DNA of 64,000 nucleotides from an uncultured virus (IMG/VR IMGVR_UViG_3300002349_000003) (Duplodnaviria; Heunggongvirae; Uroviricota; Caudoviricetes): IMG/VR virus record IMGVR_UViG_3300002349_000003; one strand, given 5' to 3'. Below the pieces are notes generated by a model. It did not search any database, was not told where the DNA came from, and worked only from the letters and a program-made list of their open reading frames with translations. Shown here piece after piece: positions 59,218 through 64,000 of the stretch. Within the stretch, counting starts at the first letter, position 1. Every line of letters begins with the position of its first letter. Position numbers and translations under genes: made by a program.

Positions 59218-61688
59218 ATGAAAACAGAACCTACATATTTTGAAACTCTTAATGAAGCACTTGAAGCTGAAGGTTTAACACAATTTTGGCCAACAAATCT
59301 AAACATCAACTATGGCGAAAGTGTTTCTATAATCATTAACTTTTTGTCAATATCAATCTATCGTAGCAATACTACTGGTAGATATGAAAGACCTGTCCAT
59401 TATAAAACAATTTAGGAGATTACCATGGTTGTTCAAGATAAAGTAACTGGTAAAATGTATGATCCTCAAGAGGAATTTGATAATTTTTTTAGTCAACCTG
59501 AAGTAACTGAACAAATGGTAAGAATGAAAAATCATGATTATGAACAAATGGTAAGAATGAAAAATCATGATTATGAACAATTAGTTCTTAATATGTACTT
59601 CGGCGGAATGTCAATAAAAGAAATAACGTATGAAATAGGAATTCCTGTTGATGAAGTTAAAAACATTATTTCATACATGTCATCAGCGGAGAATTAAAAT
59701 GAGCATTTATAAAGAAAATGGTTATACCAATAGAAATAATTATTTAAGTCATTTGTCAGAAGATTATGGCATTGAACTTGGAATAGTACTTGAACTTGCG
59801 GATTTATTTGGTCCTGAAGAAGATTTTGATGGATTATTAGAAGCACTAAATGACTATGGCAATTATGGATTTGGAGAGTTATTATGATAGATATTAAAAC
59901 AAACACGGAGAATAACATGAAAGGTCAAATAAGGTTTATATTAGCATTGTTTATTATTTTTACTGCTGTCAATCTAGAAGGAATAGTTGATATGCCAACA
60001 GAACTTACAATTGCTTTTGTTGGTATTATGATTGGAGCTTGGGGAATGGTTGATTCATTGGAGAGAAAATAATGAGCGGAAAGAATTTTATCTATTTTAT
60101 TGATGTACTATTAGCAGTTTCTATACTGCCATTCTTTTTCTACATTGCAACTTCTGGATTCTTTGTTGTTGCAGCATTCTTTATCATTCTGATAATTGAG
60201 ATGATGGTCGATTATACTCGAGTTAGAAAGTACTTTGTCAATATGATGTTAAGAGCAAAATGCGATGTCTGATATAATTAACAAACTTAGAGAAGAACAA
60301 TCAAGATTGTATTGCAACTTACAAGTCAAATACGACCAATTGTTCCGACTTGAAGATGAAGTAAAACGACTGAAGTATGAAATATTTAGAATGGAAATAG
60401 ATAAATGTTTGGTTGAACATGACTTAGGAAAGGAACTCAAGAATGAAAATAAATCCAACGGTAATTAATTACATTATCAATAGTAATATCAAGTACAGAC
60501 AAGACCTAGAATCAATGGTGGATACTATGAAATTCAATCAAGTGCTTACTCAAATCAAAGAAGCAAATGCTGTTGCTCATTTGATTGATGTTCAAAACAA
60601 ACAACATAATGATGGACTATACAAAGATCCTACTTGGATTAATGGTGTTCATTGTCACAATTCAATCAGCAAACACAACTATACTAAACTATGAAAATTG
60701 AAATTGGAAAAACTTACGGGACTGGACATGGCACTAAAGTTACTATTGTAGGAACAGATTATACCATTCGTTCTGATTATAAATTTATTGGCACCACTTT
60801 TGATGGTTCAGTAAGAACTTATGATAACTATAACGAGCAAGGTATATGTTTATTCGGCGATTGGGATAGTAATTTATTAAAGGAATTTAACAGATCATTC
60901 GGATTTCCTGAAACTGAAAAACCTTATCATGGAACTCCATATTACTTTCCAGATATGTCACCTGATGGATACTCTGGCTGTACTTGGTCCGATGATGCAT
61001 TCGACCATTGTCTATTGATAAATGGACTGCTATATTTGGATAAAGAGGATGCTATTCAGGCGTCTGAAATCATAATTAATCTGCTAAAGGAGTATAATGA
61101 AAATCGTATCAAAAGAAGAGATAATGGAGAGACTTGGCTGTTCAAAAACCCAGGTTGAGATGGCGGAATATTCTGGTTATATCCCACCTTCAAAAGATGG
61201 AGTTTGGGATGCCGATAAACTTGAAGAATATTTGGTAAGATGGGATGCTAAACTCAAACGTAAAGCGGAATCAATGCAATGACTAGTCATTGCAAAGGAT
61301 GTAAATACCATCACATTGCAGGACATCCTAAAGATTCAAGATTAATAAAGCATAATGATTGGTGCTGTGCTTTTGGTAAAACTGCGTCAAAATGCGTTGG
61401 TCATTGTAAACTACAAAATGCTAAGGAACCGAAATGAGCGATTTAATCCAACTAGTAAGCAAAAAAGAAAAACCATCTGATGCTGAATTCCAAAAGCAAC
61501 TAGATGATGAATACTATGAACAGATGACTGATCTTAGAGATGAAATAGATTTGGCTCTCACGTTAGCATATACCAAAGATGGATTACTATTGACGGTATC
61601 TAATGGAGTTGATTCAAAAACTGCTCTTTGGATGATTGAAGAGTTTCGGATGAATTTGTTAACTGGTTCATTTAACGATTATAAATAA
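59218..61688 (+). other. Run of about 12 small early hypothetical ORFs
   Basis: Tightly packed, often coupled ORFs of 50-155 aa with SD sequences behind an early promoter at 59157. Confidence 0.65.
59508..59580 (+). repeat. 33-bp exact tandem duplication
   Basis: TGAACAAATGGTAAGAATGAAAAATCATGATTA twice plus a partial copy; EQMVRMKNHDY x2. Confidence 0.9.
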
Positions 61689-61701
61689 GGAATAAAAATG
61701 C

Positions 61702-61729
61702 AAACTGGGAATATTACAGTTCCCAGTTT
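61702..61729. terminator. Hairpin between convergent genes (possible bidirectional terminator)
   Basis: AAACTGGGAA/TTCCCAGTTT stem. Confidence 0.65.
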
Positions 61730-61738
61730 CCTAATTAT

Positions 61739-62509
61739 CTAAAAATATTGTTTAAATTCAGGATATAATCTAGAAATACATGGTTTAGTATAAGTCTTTC
61801 TAGTTTCAATAATCGATAAGAATTTTGGTTGAGGAATTCCTTTCTTTGCTGCAGATATATTTGGTTGCTTCTTGCCTTTCTTTGTGGCGGATAATTTGTT
61901 ACCAAATCCTTCTGGTTTAGGAATGCCAGTTTTTACATAAGATAATTTTGCACCAAATCCTTCTGGTTTAGGAATGCCTTTAGTACTAGATGATAATTTT
62001 GCACCAAATCCTTCTGGTTTAGGAATTCCTTTAGTACTAGATGATAATTTTGCACCAAATCCTTCTGGTTTAGGAATTCCTTTATTTTTAGAAATTCCTC
62101 TATTTCCAGGTTTTCCTTTATTATGAGCCGGTTTTCCTTTTGCTGAAGCAGATCGTTTAGCATTAGATTCTTCTGATTGTTTCTTGCCAGAAGTAGTAAA
62201 TCTGATTTTACTACCGTGATGACATCTTCTGTTAAGCATCAATGGATTTTTAAGTTCTTGGTATATTAGAAACTGTTCTAGGTCGTATGCCTCGAGTGGA
62301 TCAACAAATTCCTGGATGATGGTATAGTTAAATTCTTGGAATCTTGGTTCAACTGTTTTTGATGATGTAAAATAGTCAATACCTAAATCCTGATTTGCTG
62401 GGACTTTATTGGCTTTACGAAATCCAAAATAAAATTCGCCAGTAGTTGGATTGTCTAGTCTATAGACATAGGATAATACTGGTTCTTGATATATACTTGT
62501 GCTGGTCAT
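61739..62509 (-). mobile_element. GIY-YIG-like (Seg-type) homing endonuclease with NUMOD3-like tandem repeats
   Basis: YVYRL.N..TGEFYFGFR, YFTSSK, LE..LI, LN; four 17-aa repeats GIPKPEGFGAKLS (51-bp period). Confidence 0.8.
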
Positions 62510-62598
62510 GATAGTTCCTTGAATTATTGATAGAATGATTAGTGCTAGTGGGATGTAGGAGTCCGCGACTAGCTTTTTGTTTGTATGATCTATTTATA
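62501..62598 (-). promoter_or_regulatory. Late promoter plus structured 5' leader (copy 2)
   Basis: TATAAATA at 62598-62591; hairpin 62573-62544; homologous to 19125-19224. Confidence 0.8.
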
Positions 62599-62661
62599 AG
62601 ATTTAGATGTTGACATTTTTAGAATAGATGATATAATAGATTTTTATCATGAGGAAATAAA

Positions 62662-62895
62662 ATGCAGGTACTTGGCAAAAACGTATTAGTGTTAAAACAG
62701 AAACTAGAATATACTGGATTGATTCAAGGTGTAGAGTCTGATGATAATATTAGAGCAAAGGCAATGAATCTTGGTGATGACGTTACCCTAGTGGAATTAG
62801 GTAATATTCTTATCCTTAACTGGAAGAAAGCTAAATGGGTATCAGGTGAGTTGTATGTTATCCATGAAGATGAAATAGCCGCAATTATTGAATAA
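62662..62895 (+). CDS. GroES-like co-chaperonin
   Basis: MQVLGKNVLV, G.DV..V..G, I.EDEIAAIIE. Confidence 0.7.
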   Translation: MQVLGKNVLVLKQKLEYTGLIQGVESDDNIRAKAMNLGDDVTLVELGNILILNWKKAKWVSGELYVIHEDEIAAIIE

Positions 62896-62906
62896 GGAAT
62901 TATATT

Positions 62907-63134
62907 ATGTGTGAAACAGTATTGACAGCAGTTAGAGTTAAAATCCTTAAAGCCAACATGAGAACTTATTGGTATGCCGGTAAAATTGATGAGGAATTTT
63001 GGGTACTTAAAGATGATGACAATTCAGGTTATAAATTAGTCGAACACACTGCGGGTCGATGGATTGACTTTGATGACTGTGAAGTTATCCGNGCTGGTAA
63101 TCTTCGAGTCATTACTACAATAGAGGAATTATAG
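62907..63134 (+). CDS. Hypothetical protein
   Basis: ORF with AGGA SD; contains one ambiguous base. Confidence 0.55.
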   Translation: MCETVLTAVRVKILKANMRTYWYAGKIDEEFWVLKDDDNSGYKLVEHTAGRWIDFDDCEVIXAGNLRVITTIEEL

Positions 63135-63925
63135 TGAAAATAGACGTCATGAGTGATGTCCATCTTGAATTTGGTTTCTATGAACCAGCGAACGAGAATG
63201 GTGCTGATGTTCTCGTTCTTGCCGGTGATATTTGTGTACTTGAGCAATTAGGAAAAGAGTCTTATACTAGTATAAAAGAGTTCTTCGAGATGGCATCACA
63301 TAATTATGATGATGTTGTCTATGTTATGGGCAATCACGAACACTATCATGGTGATATTCTAAATGCGACCACAATTTTTAAAGAAAAGTTCCATATACTT
63401 AAGAACATTCATCTCCTGGACAATAGTAGTATTGCTATCGGTGATACTACTTTTATTGGGGGCACGCTTTGGACAAACTTTAATAATGATTCTTATGCAA
63501 TGAAAACCATTGCTAGGATGATGAATGACTATAGATGCATTGACTATGACGGTAAATTGTTTACTGCGGGTAAATCGGTAGAATTGCATTATAATACTAT
63601 GGAATACTTTAACAAGATGGTGCCAGCATTCCATAAAGTCGTCATGGTCACCCATCATTCTCCTAGTTTTAAAAATCTTAGCGAAAGATTTTCCCAAGGA
63701 AATTCATGTTCAGTTAATGATAACAATATAAGAAACCTGGCATACCATTCAAATCTTGATTATTTTATACTAGGACATCCTCAAATTAAAGCATGGATTT
63801 CCGGACATACACATGATCCATTTGACCATTATCTTGGAGATACCAGACTTGTCTGTAATCCAAGAGGTTATATTGGATATGAAAAAACTGCTATTAATTA
63901 TAAACCATTACAGATAGAGATATGA
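63134..63925 (+). CDS. Calcineurin-like metallophosphoesterase
   Basis: SDVHLE, LAGDI, GNHEHY, THHSP, GHTH, NPRGY. Confidence 0.92.
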   Translation: MKIDVMSDVHLEFGFYEPANENGADVLVLAGDICVLEQLGKESYTSIKEFFEMASHNYDDVVYVMGNHEHYHGDILNATTIFKEKFHILKNIHLLDNSSIAIGDTTFIGGTLWTNFNNDSYAMKTIARMMNDYRCIDYDGKLFTAGKSVELHYNTMEYFNKMVPAFHKVVMVTHHSPSFKNLSERFSQGNSCSVNDNNIRNLAYHSNLDYFILGHPQIKAWISGHTHDPFDHYLGDTRLVCNPRGYIGYEKTAINYKPLQIEI

Positions 63926-64000
63926 AAAAACAGACTCCTACACCAGCAATCCACGAACAAAATCCAAACTATGAATCCAAAAGAGTAATGCACAATGGTT

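Noticed and set aside
1..64000. CRISPR array
   Set aside because: No run of equal repeats with unique spacers; the repeats found are promoters or coding repeats.
1..64000. Stop-codon reassignment
   Set aside because: Core genes are intact in the standard code and end in TAA, TAG (gp23, gp44) and TGA (gp47, gp46); no suppressor tRNA seen.

Overview
A 64-kb, AT-rich segment of a large T4-like myovirus genome, almost all coded on the + strand with the standard genetic code. Embedded spanins point to a Gram-negative host. In order it holds: the head module (gp21 end, an enlarged gp22, gp23, gp3); uvsY/uvsW; gp55-47-46; six tRNAs plus a structured RNA; gp45-44-62-regA; hsp20; a DNA polymerase split in two around an antisense GIY-YIG gene; a uvsX fractured by a split intein around an HNH gene; gp41; a late cluster of internal-head-like and lysis proteins; a four-gene beta-glucosyltransferase/methyltransferase/YvcK(CofD)-HAD/nucleotidyltransferase operon; nrdB/nrdA; DNA ligase; RNase H; a hydroxymethylcytosine cluster (MazG-like, AEP primase, DenB-like, dCMP hydroxymethylase); dCMP deaminase; td/frd; RNA ligase; and many small early genes. 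The main leads are: (1) a probable hmC hypermodification pathway that makes its own sugar donor; (2) a covarying 5' leader RNA shared by two different antisense endonuclease cassettes; (3) an unusual gp43 split point; (4) a naturally split UvsX intein; (5) paired antisense early promoters at the ends of late blocks. All family calls come from motif recognition by eye; no database searches were run.
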